DNA from: Alphaproteobacteria bacterium
Lineage (GTDB): Bacteria > Pseudomonadota > Alphaproteobacteria > SP197
Direction: 5' to 3'
NCBI GenBank assembly: GCA_965228895.1
Contig: OZ245842.1
Coordinates: forward strand, 4,544,001-4,608,000
DNA: 64,000 nt
The number at the start of each line of letters is the position of its first letter. The stretch's first letter is position 1. The notes under the pieces were generated by a model, which had not been told where the DNA came from, ran no database searches, and worked only from the letters and a program-made list of their open reading frames with translations. Shown piece after piece: positions 1 through 10,502 of this stretch. The translations under genes were made by a program, and so were the position numbers.

Positions 1-195
1 CCGGAAGCTGTGACCGCCTTGGGCGAGCAGAAGACCGGCGAAAAGGGCCGACGCACTCAGCGCCGCCACCTGCACACAAATCGTGGCCAGAAGGGTTGTG
101 GTCGCCGTTACCGGCACATGACCGCCGGATACCTTGATGAACAAATTGTAGCCGGCGTAAAGCACGGTCACGAGACACAACACGGCCACGGCCAT
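1..195 (-). CDS. Membrane protein, EamA/DMT-like; partial, runs off the window edge
   Basis: Not in the ORF track. Hand translation gives MAVAVLCLVTVLYAGYNLFIKVSGGH...; hydrophobic; GAGGGGGAG RBS upstream of the ATG at 195. Confidence 0.65.
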   Translation of the reverse strand, partial: MAVAVLCLVTVLYAGYNLFIKVSGGHVPVTATTTLLATICVQVAALSASALFAGLLLAQGGHSFR

Positions 196-269
196 GGCGC
201 ACACTCCCCCTCGTTCATGACGCCTGGATGATGACAGAGGTGGCGGCTAACCGCGAGAGTTCAAAGGGC

Positions 270-1388
270 TCAGCCGTCCTGCATCGCTTCCCGGTACCAG
301 GTGTAAAGCGCGGCGATCGAATGCTCGCTGTTGAGCCCCTGATCGGGATCGATGACCAGAGGTCCGGGGCGGTATCCCTTGCTTGCCAAGCCTTGCTGGA
401 CCGATTCGACGAGGCGGACGTCTTCGGCCACGGTCGTTTCCAGGTCCTGCTGCATCAGGCGGGTCAGGACATCGTCGTCATTGCCGCCGGCCGAGAACCA
501 GCCGCGCCAGACCGTTGTGTTGGTAACGTCGTCGGGCCGCCACAGATAGGTGTTCAGCACGTTGCCGGGATAGACCTGGAACGAGAAGGCCGGCCACAGG
601 AACCATGAACTGTAGTCGCCGGCGTGCTCGTTGGCGTCGAGGTCGATCGGATAGGTCATGCGCTCCAGGTTGGCGGAACGCGTGGTGTGACGCAGACAAT
701 AGCCGTTCGGCGCGACGTTATAGGTCGCGGGCTCAATGACACCGTTGGCGAAGGTCGGGTGATTGAGCTTGCAGTGATAACACTCCGAATAGTTCTCGAC
801 GGTCACCTTCCAGTTGCAGGCTTCGTTCACCGAGACCCAGGATGCCGGCGCCAGGTCGTCGATGTCGGGCACGAAAGCGCGCAGTTCGGCTTCGACGCCC
901 GGGAACCAGTCGGCCATGGGCCGCGCGTCGTCGTCCAGATTGACGAAAACGAACCCGGCGAAAACCTCGGTCCTGACCTCGGTCAGGCAGATTGCGTTCT
1001 TGTCGAAGCCGGGCGTGCGTTCGCTGGCCGGTGCGGCGCGCAGCTTGCCGTCGAGACCGTAGCTCCAGGCGTGATAGGGGCAGGTGATGAAGGCGCGGTT
1101 GCCGCTGCCCTCAACCAGGCCGTGGGCACGATGCTGGCAGACGTTATAGAACGTGCGCACCGTGCCTTCCCGGTCCCGGATCGCGAACAAGCGCTGGCCC
1201 AGAAGCTCGAAGGCCACATAGTCGCCAGGCTTGGAAAGCGCTGAGACATGCCCGGCGTACTGCCAGGTGTGAAAAAAGATCCGCTCGATCTCTTGGCGAT
1301 AGAGGTCGGCGTCGGTGTAACACCGCGCCTCTAGGGCACGCAGCGGGCCCCCTGCCTCGTCTCGAACACTGACCGCGACATCCGCCAT
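270..1388 (-). CDS. Rieske non-heme iron oxygenase alpha subunit, CntA/choline monooxygenase-like
   Basis: Rieske motifs CQHRAH and CPYHAW; ECYHCxxxH iron site with bridging Glu; EDVRLVESVQQGL resembles CntA/YeaW. Confidence 0.9.
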   Translation of the reverse strand: MADVAVSVRDEAGGPLRALEARCYTDADLYRQEIERIFFHTWQYAGHVSALSKPGDYVAFELLGQRLFAIRDREGTVRTFYNVCQHRAHGLVEGSGNRAFITCPYHAWSYGLDGKLRAAPASERTPGFDKNAICLTEVRTEVFAGFVFVNLDDDARPMADWFPGVEAELRAFVPDIDDLAPASWVSVNEACNWKVTVENYSECYHCKLNHPTFANGVIEPATYNVAPNGYCLRHTTRSANLERMTYPIDLDANEHAGDYSSWFLWPAFSFQVYPGNVLNTYLWRPDDVTNTTVWRGWFSAGGNDDDVLTRLMQQDLETTVAEDVRLVESVQQGLASKGYRPGPLVIDPDQGLNSEHSIAALYTWYREAMQDG

Positions 1389-1547
1389 TCACCGGACTCC
1401 CGATGGATTCTCAATTCGGCTAAATTTTTGTCCTATTTTTTACCGCGCGTAAAGCCGAAACGACGGGTGTCACCGAAGTCGTTGCCTCCGGTGGGCCCGG
1501 CGGTGACTATGGCCTGGAGACAACGCATCGCACGGGGGGACGACACG

Positions 1548-1937
1548 ATGGACAAAGAACGTTTTGAACGCGGGCTGGAGGAGCGCCGCGCGGTCCTGGG
1601 CCGGGCCTATGTGGACGCCGCGCTTGAGGCCGCCGACGACTTCAACCGGCCGTTTCAGGAATATGTCACCGAGAACTGCTGGGGCTACGCCTGGGGCGAC
1701 AAGACGCTCGATCGGCGCACCCGCTCGATCATGAACCTCACCATGATCGCCGCCTTGAACCGCATGCACGAGTGGGAGCTGCACCTGAAGGGCGCGCTGA
1801 CCAATGGCGTCACCAAGGACGAGATCCAGGCCATCCTGCATCAGATCGCCGTCTATTGCGGCGTGCCGGTGGGCGTCGAGTGTTTCCGCATCGCCAAGCG
1901 CGTCTTTGCCGAGCAAGAGGCCGGCGGCGATGACTGA
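1548..1937 (+). CDS. Carboxymuconolactone decarboxylase family protein
   Basis: GLEERRAVLG...LDRRTRS...HLKGALTNGVT..EI...YCGVP pattern; GGGGGA RBS before the ATG at 1548. Confidence 0.9.
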   Translation: MDKERFERGLEERRAVLGRAYVDAALEAADDFNRPFQEYVTENCWGYAWGDKTLDRRTRSIMNLTMIAALNRMHEWELHLKGALTNGVTKDEIQAILHQIAVYCGVPVGVECFRIAKRVFAEQEAGGDD

Positions 1938-2757
1938 CGACGACGCCATCGCCCGTCACTACACCCGGGGCGACCTGGCGCAGCGGATCATGGAAGCCGT
2001 GCACCAGGTCGTGCCGGATATGACTGATGTGACGCCGCGCGATCTGGCGCCGGTCGATGAGTTCCACATCGGCGGTGTCAAGGCGACCGAGACGTTCACG
2101 GCCAAGCTCGGTCTGCGCCCGGGCATGACCGTCGTCGATGTCGGTTCGGGCATCGGTGGCGCCGCGCGTTTCGTCGCCGATGCGCACGACTGCCACGTCA
2201 CCGGCATCGACCTGACGCCGGAGTTCTGCGCCGTCGCCACCATGCTGTCGGCGGCAACGGGTTTGAGCGACGTTACCGAGTTCCACGACGGCAGCGCGCT
2301 CACCATGCCCTTCCGTGACGAACATTTCGACGCCGCGATGACCCTGCACGTCGCCATGAACATCGACGACAAGGCCGGCCTCTACCGCGAGGTCGCGCGT
2401 GTCCTGAAACCGGGCGCCGTCTTCGGCATCTACGACATCATGGTTGGCCCGCAAGGCGGCGATCTCGACTTCCCGGTGCCGTGGTCGGCGACGCCGGCGA
2501 CCAGCTACCTCGCCACACCCGACGCCATGCGCGCCATGCTGACCGACGCCGGCTTTGTGATCGAGCAGGATGAGGATCGCACCGGCTTCGCCATCGACTT
2601 TTTCGAAGGTCTCAAGAAGAGCGCCGCCGAGGGTCCACCACCCCTTGGTCTGCACGTTATCATGGGCGACGACTTCAAGGACAAGGTGACCAACATGGCC
2701 AAGAACATCGCCGCCGGTCGCTGCGGACCGCGCGAGATGATCTGCCGCAAGACCTAG
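1930..2757 (+). CDS. Class I SAM-dependent methyltransferase (sarcosine/dimethylglycine methyltransferase-like)
   Basis: DEFHIGG, VVDVGSGIGG, RVLKPG motifs; overlaps the upstream stop. Confidence 0.85.
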   Translation: MTDDDAIARHYTRGDLAQRIMEAVHQVVPDMTDVTPRDLAPVDEFHIGGVKATETFTAKLGLRPGMTVVDVGSGIGGAARFVADAHDCHVTGIDLTPEFCAVATMLSAATGLSDVTEFHDGSALTMPFRDEHFDAAMTLHVAMNIDDKAGLYREVARVLKPGAVFGIYDIMVGPQGGDLDFPVPWSATPATSYLATPDAMRAMLTDAGFVIEQDEDRTGFAIDFFEGLKKSAAEGPPPLGLHVIMGDDFKDKVTNMAKNIAAGRCGPREMICRKT

Positions 2758-3557
2758 GCGTCGGTAGCGTCGTCCAGGATCGCCACCGCCCGCGTCCAGC
2801 CGGCGGACGCGGCTTTGATTTTGACCGGGAAGCAGGAGATCGTGAAGCCGTCGCCGGGTAGCGCTTCCAGATTATGCAGCTTTTCCAGGTGGCAATAGCC
2901 GATGTCGCGGCCGGCCTTGTGGCCTTCCCAGATGATCGAGGCATCGCCGCTTTCGGCGTAGCGTTCGGCGGTATAGGTGAACGGCGCATCCCACGACCAG
3001 GCATCGGTGCCGGTCAGGCGCACGCCGCGCTCCAAGAGATACATGGTCGCGTCGTAACCCATGCCGCAGCCTGAATCGACGTAGCGGTCGCCGCCATAGG
3101 CGGCACCGGCCGCCGTGTTGACCACGACGATGTCGAGCGGCTGGAGGTCATGGCCGATGCGCACCAGCTCCGCCTTCACGTCATCGGCGGTCACCACATA
3201 ACCATCGTCGAAGTGGCGAAAGTCGAGTTTGACGCCAGGGCGGAAGCACCAGTCCAGCGGCACCTCGTCGATCGTGATGGCGCGCTCGGGATCGCTGCCC
3301 AACTTGCGGTTCATCGTCGAGGCGAAGTGATAGGGCGCATCCAGGTGGGTGCCGTTATGGGTGATCAGCTCGACCTTCTCGATTGCCCAGCCCTCACCAT
3401 CCGGCAGATCATCGCCGGCGAGTCCCGGGAAGAACGCGACCATGCGATCGACGCTCATCTGATGGTCGATATAGGTGATCTTCGGGTTGAAGGGCCGGGG
3501 ATCGGAGATGACGTCGTTTTCGAGTGGCATCGAGATATCGATGAACTGGCGCGCCAT
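2754..3557 (-). CDS. Cyclase family metal-dependent hydrolase (kynurenine formamidase-like)
   Basis: HNGTHLDAPYH motif; GTDAWSWD; HLEKLHNL. Confidence 0.9.
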   Translation of the reverse strand: MARQFIDISMPLENDVISDPRPFNPKITYIDHQMSVDRMVAFFPGLAGDDLPDGEGWAIEKVELITHNGTHLDAPYHFASTMNRKLGSDPERAITIDEVPLDWCFRPGVKLDFRHFDDGYVVTADDVKAELVRIGHDLQPLDIVVVNTAAGAAYGGDRYVDSGCGMGYDATMYLLERGVRLTGTDAWSWDAPFTYTAERYAESGDASIIWEGHKAGRDIGYCHLEKLHNLEALPGDGFTISCFPVKIKAASAGWTRAVAILDDATDA

Positions 3558-3697
3558 GGCGGCAACCTCCGGATATGGACGTAAGAGTTAACGGTCATTG
3601 TGCCGCCGACGACGACCTTCGGCTATCCCCACCGAAGACCATGGAACCCCACACGGCATCGTTTCGGCCCGGCGCGGCTTCGATTATGGTGTTCTTC

Positions 3698-5896
3698 ATG
3701 GCGGAGGCACCCCAACGCGAACCCATGAGCATGCCGCTCAAGGTGCTCATCGGCGGTGTCCTTGGGATTGCGACCGGCGTGTTTCTGGGCGACGAAGCGT
3801 CGTTTCTGGCGCCCGTCGGCAGTGCCTATGTGCTGTTGATTCAGGCGGTCGTCTATCCCTACATCATCGCATCCCTGTTGCGCGGCTTGGGCGGCCTGTC
3901 GCCGGCAACGGCGATCAAGCTCTTCAAGCGCGGCTGGCCCTTCTATACGGGGCTATGGGCTCTGGTTCTCGGCGCGACGGCCCTTCTATCCCTTGGCCTG
4001 CCGCACGTCGAACAGGATGTCTACAGGCCGCAACCGCCGGTATCGACCTCGGTCAACACGCTCCTGAACATCCTGTTGCCGGCCGATCCGTTTTCCGCGT
4101 TGAGCGAGAACCACATGCCGGCGGTTGTCATTTTCTGTTTGATCTTCGGTGCGGCGTTGCAGTTCGTGGACAACAAGCAACGCCTGTTGGACATGCTGGA
4201 GACGGTGCGCATGACCAGCATGCAATTCTGGCGCTGGATCGGCGCTCTCGTGCCCTATGCGACGTTCGCCTTGTTCGCGGCTTCCGCGGGATCCATGCCG
4301 CTGAGCTCGCTGCCGAAGATCGGGCTCTACCTGGCCTTGCTCCTGTTCTGTTGCATGATGCTGGCACTATGGATTCTTCCGGCCATCCTGTCGGCGTTCG
4401 TGCCCGCCAGCTACCGCGAAATCATGCACGATTTGAAGGACGGTCTGACGATCGCGATCGCGACCTCCGTTGTCGCGGCCGCAATCCCCTACATTGTCGA
4501 GTCAACGCGCAAGCTGGCCGACCGCTGCAACATCGAAGACGAGAACCGACGCGATCTGATATCGACCAATTTGTCGATCGGCTACGTCATCGCATCAGCC
4601 GGTAGTCTGCTGCTTTATCTCTTCGTACTCTTCATGGGATACTACTTCAGCACGTCGATTTCCCTGACCGACAGCATTGTCCTGCCGCTCATCATTCTGT
4701 TGTCGAGCGTCGGGTCCTCGGTCTCGGCTCTCGAGTTCATCAACTCCTGGCTCGGCATGCCGCAAGAGACGGTGCACGTCTATCTGGAAACGGGCATGCT
4801 GGCGAAGTATCCGAAGATCATTCTGACGCTCATGTCGCTTGCCTTCGTGAGCATTCTCGTGACCCTGAACTTCTACGGCAAGCTCAAGATTCATTTCTTC
4901 AAACTGGTTCGCATTGCCTTGCCTCCGCTGGTCATCCTGGCAGCCGGCGCCTGGGGCATCGGTTTTGTGGAACGCAACATTTCACAGTCCCACCCGTTGT
5001 CTTACGCCGACTTCTCGTTATCGCCACAAATCACCCGAAACGTCCAAGCTCATGTCGAGGACAGCGCGTCCGGTTCGACTGGTTCCGGCGATGCCGTTGA
5101 CGGCGAGACGGCTTTCGAACGTATCCAGCGCACCGGCGCACTGCGGGTCGGCATCTTCGATTCCAGTATCCCGTTTTCGTATTACAACGACGACCACGAG
5201 CTGGTTGGCTATGACATCGCGTTCGCCTACGAACTGGCCTACGCCCTGGACGTCGACCTTGTCTTCGTGCCGTTCAAGCCGCACCAGATGGCCGACGAAT
5301 TGATCAATGGACATATCGACATCGCGATGTCCGGTCTCTATGTCACGCAGCAACGATTACGCGATCTCATCATCAGCGATAGCTACCTGAAGAGCGAACC
5401 GGCCTTACTGGGGCAAACCAACGTGGTGTCCGGTCTGCTGAGCCGCAACGATATCGAGGCCTATCCCGACCTGACGCTTGGCTCTTACCACGAGCCGTCG
5501 CTTCTGAACCGGCTGAAAGCCCGTTTGCCCGACGTCTCGGTCAACGTGGTGCCGCCTTATGAGTCGTTGCCCGACTTTTCGTCGGTCGACGCCGCCGTCT
5601 GGTCGCTGGTCAGCGCACGCGCGATGGCCAAGCTGTATGACGGCGTGGCGGCGTCAGTCCCGGAAAACCTCGGCGACCCCTTCGTCTATGTCTTCTACAT
5701 GGCGCCGGACAACCGGCGTCTGCACATCTTCGTCAACACGCTGGTGCGCGACCTCAAATCTGTCGGCTGGCACGAGCGCCAGGCACAACACTGGCTTGAA
5801 GGTCTGGGGGATCAACATCGCGAGCCGCGGTGGAGTATCATGCGTAATGTTCTGGGATGGGGTGTCGACGAGACTGAAACGGGGGCGGGAACGTGA
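3698..5896 (+). CDS. Dicarboxylate/amino acid:cation symporter (DAACS) fused to a family-3 solute-binding domain, copy 1
   Basis: N-terminal multi-TM SDF-like region (PADPFSAL..N.MPAVVIF); C-terminal RIQRTGALRVG..PFSY...GYDIAFAYELA; start codon uncertain. Confidence 0.85.
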   Translation: MAEAPQREPMSMPLKVLIGGVLGIATGVFLGDEASFLAPVGSAYVLLIQAVVYPYIIASLLRGLGGLSPATAIKLFKRGWPFYTGLWALVLGATALLSLGLPHVEQDVYRPQPPVSTSVNTLLNILLPADPFSALSENHMPAVVIFCLIFGAALQFVDNKQRLLDMLETVRMTSMQFWRWIGALVPYATFALFAASAGSMPLSSLPKIGLYLALLLFCCMMLALWILPAILSAFVPASYREIMHDLKDGLTIAIATSVVAAAIPYIVESTRKLADRCNIEDENRRDLISTNLSIGYVIASAGSLLLYLFVLFMGYYFSTSISLTDSIVLPLIILLSSVGSSVSALEFINSWLGMPQETVHVYLETGMLAKYPKIILTLMSLAFVSILVTLNFYGKLKIHFFKLVRIALPPLVILAAGAWGIGFVERNISQSHPLSYADFSLSPQITRNVQAHVEDSASGSTGSGDAVDGETAFERIQRTGALRVGIFDSSIPFSYYNDDHELVGYDIAFAYELAYALDVDLVFVPFKPHQMADELINGHIDIAMSGLYVTQQRLRDLIISDSYLKSEPALLGQTNVVSGLLSRNDIEAYPDLTLGSYHEPSLLNRLKARLPDVSVNVVPPYESLPDFSSVDAAVWSLVSARAMAKLYDGVAASVPENLGDPFVYVFYMAPDNRRLHIFVNTLVRDLKSVGWHERQAQHWLEGLGDQHREPRWSIMRNVLGWGVDETETGAGT

Positions 5897-5932
5897 CACC
5901 GAGACGACGGCTCAGCGGGATGGTTGGTGCGC

Positions 5933-8146
5933 ATGACTAAGCACAGCGCCACGGCAGAGAAGTCGAAGCGCGAACCGATCGGCATGCCCATGAAGGTGCT
6001 GATCGGCGGCCTGCTGGGCGTCCTGACCGGCGTATTCTTTGGCGAACACGCGACCGTCCTGGAGCCGATTGGCAGCGCCTACGTTCTGCTGGTTCAAGCC
6101 GTCGTCTATCCCTATATCATCGCGTCCCTGCTGCATGGCCTTGGCGCCATGTCGCCGGCAACAGCGGGGCGTCTGTTCCGCCGAGGCTGGGCGACCTATG
6201 TGGCGATCTGGGCCATTACACTCGGCACGGTCATTGTGTTGACACTCGGCCTGCCCACGTCCGACCAGCTTGTCTATCGGCCCGCCCACAGCGAGATTCA
6301 AACAATCGATTCGTTGCTCGACGTCCTGCTGCCGGCCGATCCGTTTGCGGCGCTCAGCCAGAACCACATGCCGGCGGTCGTGATCTTCTGTCTCATCTTC
6401 GGCGCCGCGCTCCAGCATATCGATCAGAAAGACTCGCTGCTGGAGATGCTGGAGACCGTGCGCAAGACAAGCCTGCAATTCTGGCTGTGGACCGCCAAGC
6501 TGGTGCCCTACGCGACGTTCGCGCTGTTCGCGACATCGGCGGGCACGCTGCCGGTCAGCTCGCTGCCGAAGATTGGCCTATACCTTGGCCTGCTGACGTT
6601 CGGCTGCCTGATCCTGGGGGTCTGGATCCTGCCCGCCATGGTCGCCGCGCTGGCGCCCACGTCCTACCGCGAGATCGTCAAGAACTTGAAGGAGGCGCTG
6701 ACGATCGCCATTGCGACAACCGTCGTCGCTGCCGCCCTGCCCTATGTCATCGAAATGACGCGCAACCTGGCCGACCGTTGCGGAATCAAGGATGAAGATC
6801 GCGCTGACGTCATCGCGACGAACATTTCGATCGCCTACGTCGTCTGCTACGCCGGATCTCTCTTCCTCTATCTCTTCGTGTTGTTCGCCGCCTATTACTT
6901 CGGGACGTCGATCGATCTGATGAACAGCGTCGTACTGCCGTTCATCATTCTTCTGTCGAGCGTCGGGTCCTCGGTCGCCGCGTTGTCATTCATCGACGGT
7001 TGGCTTGGCCTGCCGCCAGAGACCATCCAGGTCTATGTCGAGACATCGACCTTGGCGCAGTATCCGCAGATCATCCTGTCGCTGTTTGCCATCGCCTTTG
7101 TCAGCGTTCTCGTCACCCTCAACTACTATGGCAGGCTGAAGCTCCGTCCCATCAAGCTGCTCGCAACGGTGGCCGTGCCGGTGGTGGTGCTTGCGGCTGG
7201 TGCTTGGGGGATGGGCAAGCTGGACAGCATGCTCAACAAGTCGCACCCGCTGTCCTATGCGGAATTCACGCTACCTGGGGCGATCACGCGCGACATCAAG
7301 GTTAGCTACGAGGGCATGGACTCGCCCCCACCTGACGATAGCGGAGCGCCAGACGACGAGACCGCCTTCGAACGGATTCAGCGGACCGGGGCCTTGCGCG
7401 TCGGCGCCTTCGATTCCAGCATCCCCTTCGTCTATCGCAACAGCGCGGGCAACCTGGTCGGCTACGATATCGCCTTTGCCTATGAGCTGGCGTACGCGCT
7501 TGACGTCGATCTCGTGTTTGTCGACTTCACGCCTCAGAACATGCACAAGGAACTGACGGAAGGCCGCTATGATATCGCCGCATCCGGCCTTTATGTGACG
7601 GAAGAGCGCCTGCGCGGTCTGGTCGCCTCGGACGCCTATGCGCAAAGCGTGCCCGTCCTGTTCGGCGACGCCAACACGGTCTCGCAGTTTCTCACCCGAC
7701 AGGACGTACTGAACTACCCCGACGCGACGGTTGGGGTCTATCAGGAGGAGTCGTTGTTGCAACGGCTGAAGCATCGCCTGCCGGATGTGACGATCACCGT
7801 CGTACCACCCTATACGACGCTTCCCGATTTCACCCAGATCGACGCCGCCGTCTGGTCGTTGCATGAGGCAAGACCGATCGCCGAGCAGAATGAAGATATC
7901 GCCGTCGCCGTAACGGAAAACCTCGGCGAGCCTTTCGTCTACGTCTACTACGTCGCACCGGAAAGCCGACGACTGCGTATCTTTGTCGACGACCTGATCC
8001 GAGACCTCAAGGATATCGGCTGGCACGACGAGCAGACCCGTTTCTGGCTGGAAGGTCTCGGCCCGCAACGAACGGAGTCGCGCTGGAGCATCATGCAGAA
8101 CGTCCTGGGCTGGGGCCTTGACGACGGCGGCGGTTCGAGTCGTTGA
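5933..8146 (+). CDS. DAACS symporter-SBP3 fusion, copy 2 (tandem paralog)
   Basis: Colinear with the upstream gene, with long identical peptide blocks. Confidence 0.85.
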   Translation: MTKHSATAEKSKREPIGMPMKVLIGGLLGVLTGVFFGEHATVLEPIGSAYVLLVQAVVYPYIIASLLHGLGAMSPATAGRLFRRGWATYVAIWAITLGTVIVLTLGLPTSDQLVYRPAHSEIQTIDSLLDVLLPADPFAALSQNHMPAVVIFCLIFGAALQHIDQKDSLLEMLETVRKTSLQFWLWTAKLVPYATFALFATSAGTLPVSSLPKIGLYLGLLTFGCLILGVWILPAMVAALAPTSYREIVKNLKEALTIAIATTVVAAALPYVIEMTRNLADRCGIKDEDRADVIATNISIAYVVCYAGSLFLYLFVLFAAYYFGTSIDLMNSVVLPFIILLSSVGSSVAALSFIDGWLGLPPETIQVYVETSTLAQYPQIILSLFAIAFVSVLVTLNYYGRLKLRPIKLLATVAVPVVVLAAGAWGMGKLDSMLNKSHPLSYAEFTLPGAITRDIKVSYEGMDSPPPDDSGAPDDETAFERIQRTGALRVGAFDSSIPFVYRNSAGNLVGYDIAFAYELAYALDVDLVFVDFTPQNMHKELTEGRYDIAASGLYVTEERLRGLVASDAYAQSVPVLFGDANTVSQFLTRQDVLNYPDATVGVYQEESLLQRLKHRLPDVTITVVPPYTTLPDFTQIDAAVWSLHEARPIAEQNEDIAVAVTENLGEPFVYVYYVAPESRRLRIFVDDLIRDLKDIGWHDEQTRFWLEGLGPQRTESRWSIMQNVLGWGLDDGGGSSR

Positions 8147-8165
8147 TCTCGCGGCGCGGCCTGCT

Positions 8166-10352
8166 CTAGGACGGCAAGTCCAAGGTCTGGTTCAAACGGA
8201 GGACAAGCTCGCCGAAACGTACGGTCGGCCGCAATCCGTCGAAGTCCTCATCGTAGCGCATCCACATCGCCAACCGGCGCTGGAACACAGGCGAGCAGTC
8301 ATAGGCACGATCAAGGGCGTCGAGGGCGCGGTCATGACGGCCAAGCAGGGTGAACGTGCGCGCGACATTGTACTGCACCATACAGTCGTCGGGTCCGATC
8401 AACACCGCCCGCTCGGCCCAATCTTGCGCCCGTTGATGCTGACCGAGGTCGGCCAAGACCGCGCTGCCGAAAGCAAGCGCACCGGCGTTGTCGGGATGCG
8501 CCTCGATTTCCGGTTCCAATCGCTCGACGCAACGCCGCGCCGCCGCCAAGAACGCCTCATCGCGACCGAGTGCCTGACATTCCTCGGAAAACAAACCAAG
8601 AGACCGAAAGTCATTGGGCCGCAATGCCGCCGCACGCTCAAAGAGATCGGCGGCTTCAGCGCGGCGACCTTGCAGGTGACAGTTTCTGGCATAGAAAAAA
8701 TGCGCTTCGAACAGGTGCGGGCCCAGGCGAATGGCCTGCTCGAACTCGGATGTCGCTTCGTCGTAAAGACCGGCGACATAAAGCGCCAAGCCCTTTGCGG
8801 CATAGGCTTCCGCCAGATTGGGGTCAAGCTGCTGCGCACGAAGACTGTAGTTCAAACAGCTTTCGAAACTGGTATCGGGATCGTTCTTCGAGAGATCCAT
8901 GAAGAGATAGGACTCACAGATCGCGAGCGCGGCATAGGCGAGCGCGTAATCGGCATCGATCTCGATCGCCTTGCCGAACATTTCCTTGGCCAGGCGCAAG
9001 CTGTGTTTGTCGATGCCGCGCAGGTAGAAGCCGCGCCCCATCAAGTAGTAATGGTAGGCATCCATGATCGTCGTCGACCGGCTGACGATACCTTTGAGTT
9101 CCTCCGGCAGGAGTTTCACCGTCAGCACGTCGACGATGTTTTCGGCGATCTCGTCCTGCAGCGCGAACATATCGTCGAGGCTGCGGTCATAGCGTTGCGC
9201 CCACAGTTGACCGCCGGTGGTGCCGTCCACCAGCTGTGCCGTGATACGCACCCGCCCGGCCGCCTTGCGAACGCTGCCCTCAAGGACATAACGGACGTTC
9301 AGCGCACGGGCCACTTGCTGCGCGTCCAGATGTTTGCCCTTGAACGTGAAGGCACTGTTGCGCGCCGCGACAAACAGCGCGGAGATGCGCGAGAGATCGG
9401 TGATGATGTCTTCGGCCAAGCCGTCGGCGAAGAAATCCTGTTCGGTGTCCGCGGTCATGTTCTCAAACGGCAGCACCGCGATCGACGGTGCTTCGGGCAG
9501 CCCGTTTGTCCAGCCGCCGCCACGACTGGGCTCAACCGGTGGCGCAACCGGTGAAACACCGTTGTGCCGCTGGTGGCGTATCGCCTGATAGAGGGCAACC
9601 GTCTCATGCTCCGGCGTGACCACAAGTTCGCGCTGAAGGCGCTCTTTGAATGTCTCGAATAGCTTCAGCGCCTGCGCGCCGTCGCCGCGGTCGGCAAGCC
9701 CTTGCATCAGGGTGCGGCAGGCCGCCTCGTGAAGGGGATCGAGCGAAAGCAGGCGCCGTGCGGCAGTCATGGCGAGGTCACGCCGGCCATCGGCCAAGGC
9801 CTGTGTCATCATGCGGTTCGACGCCTCGCTTGCCTTATCGCGCAAGCGCTGGCGCTCGACCAACAGCCAGTCCTCGAACGCGCCATGGCGCACCTGAACC
9901 CCGTCAAGCAGGTCGCCACGATAGAGTTCCGCCGCCTGCAGGCTGGCCTCCAGCGTGGCCTGGCTCATCAACTCTTCGAACGCCACCACATCGACTGCGA
10001 CCGCATCATGAGCAAGTGTAATCGATTGGCGATTCGCGATAAGCGGTGCTGAAGAAACACCCTCTAAAGCGCGGCGCAGGCGCAGCAGAGCCTGCTTCAG
10101 GCTGTCTCGCGCCTGCTTGTCGCCGGCCTCGCTCCAGAGCATCGACGCAAGCTTGTCGCGCGGCCATGGCACACCCGGCGACATGGCCAAAAATCCAAGG
10201 AGAGCGCGGTCCTTCTGGCCTTTGAGTTCGATGATATCACCGCTGTCGTCGCGCACGACAAACCCACCCAGCAGCGCGATCTGCAACCGGGTCGACGATG
10301 GTCGATCGGTGAGCGCTTTATCCAATGATCTACCCATCAAGGCGGCGTCCAT
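8166..10352 (-). CDS. BTAD/SARP-type transcriptional regulator with TolB-like and TPR domains
   Basis: LLGGF..wHTH; LYRGDLLDG and LDPLHEAA (BTAD); PSIAVLPFENM...FFADGLAEDIITDLSR; C-terminal TPRs. Confidence 0.9.
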   Translation of the reverse strand: MDAALMGRSLDKALTDRPSSTRLQIALLGGFVVRDDSGDIIELKGQKDRALLGFLAMSPGVPWPRDKLASMLWSEAGDKQARDSLKQALLRLRRALEGVSSAPLIANRQSITLAHDAVAVDVVAFEELMSQATLEASLQAAELYRGDLLDGVQVRHGAFEDWLLVERQRLRDKASEASNRMMTQALADGRRDLAMTAARRLLSLDPLHEAACRTLMQGLADRGDGAQALKLFETFKERLQRELVVTPEHETVALYQAIRHQRHNGVSPVAPPVEPSRGGGWTNGLPEAPSIAVLPFENMTADTEQDFFADGLAEDIITDLSRISALFVAARNSAFTFKGKHLDAQQVARALNVRYVLEGSVRKAAGRVRITAQLVDGTTGGQLWAQRYDRSLDDMFALQDEIAENIVDVLTVKLLPEELKGIVSRSTTIMDAYHYYLMGRGFYLRGIDKHSLRLAKEMFGKAIEIDADYALAYAALAICESYLFMDLSKNDPDTSFESCLNYSLRAQQLDPNLAEAYAAKGLALYVAGLYDEATSEFEQAIRLGPHLFEAHFFYARNCHLQGRRAEAADLFERAAALRPNDFRSLGLFSEECQALGRDEAFLAAARRCVERLEPEIEAHPDNAGALAFGSAVLADLGQHQRAQDWAERAVLIGPDDCMVQYNVARTFTLLGRHDRALDALDRAYDCSPVFQRRLAMWMRYDEDFDGLRPTVRFGELVLRLNQTLDLPS

Positions 10353-10502
10353 CGATTTAACGATGGTTTCACGGTCGAGACCACCGACGATTTACGACAC
10401 CGCGCCAAGATCCACACCTGAGACTGAAAAAGCCGGTGAGGCGGACGAGTAGCGTCATCTGGTGCGTCGCGCCGCCTTACGCGCGATGGAGGGAGCGTAT
10501 CA

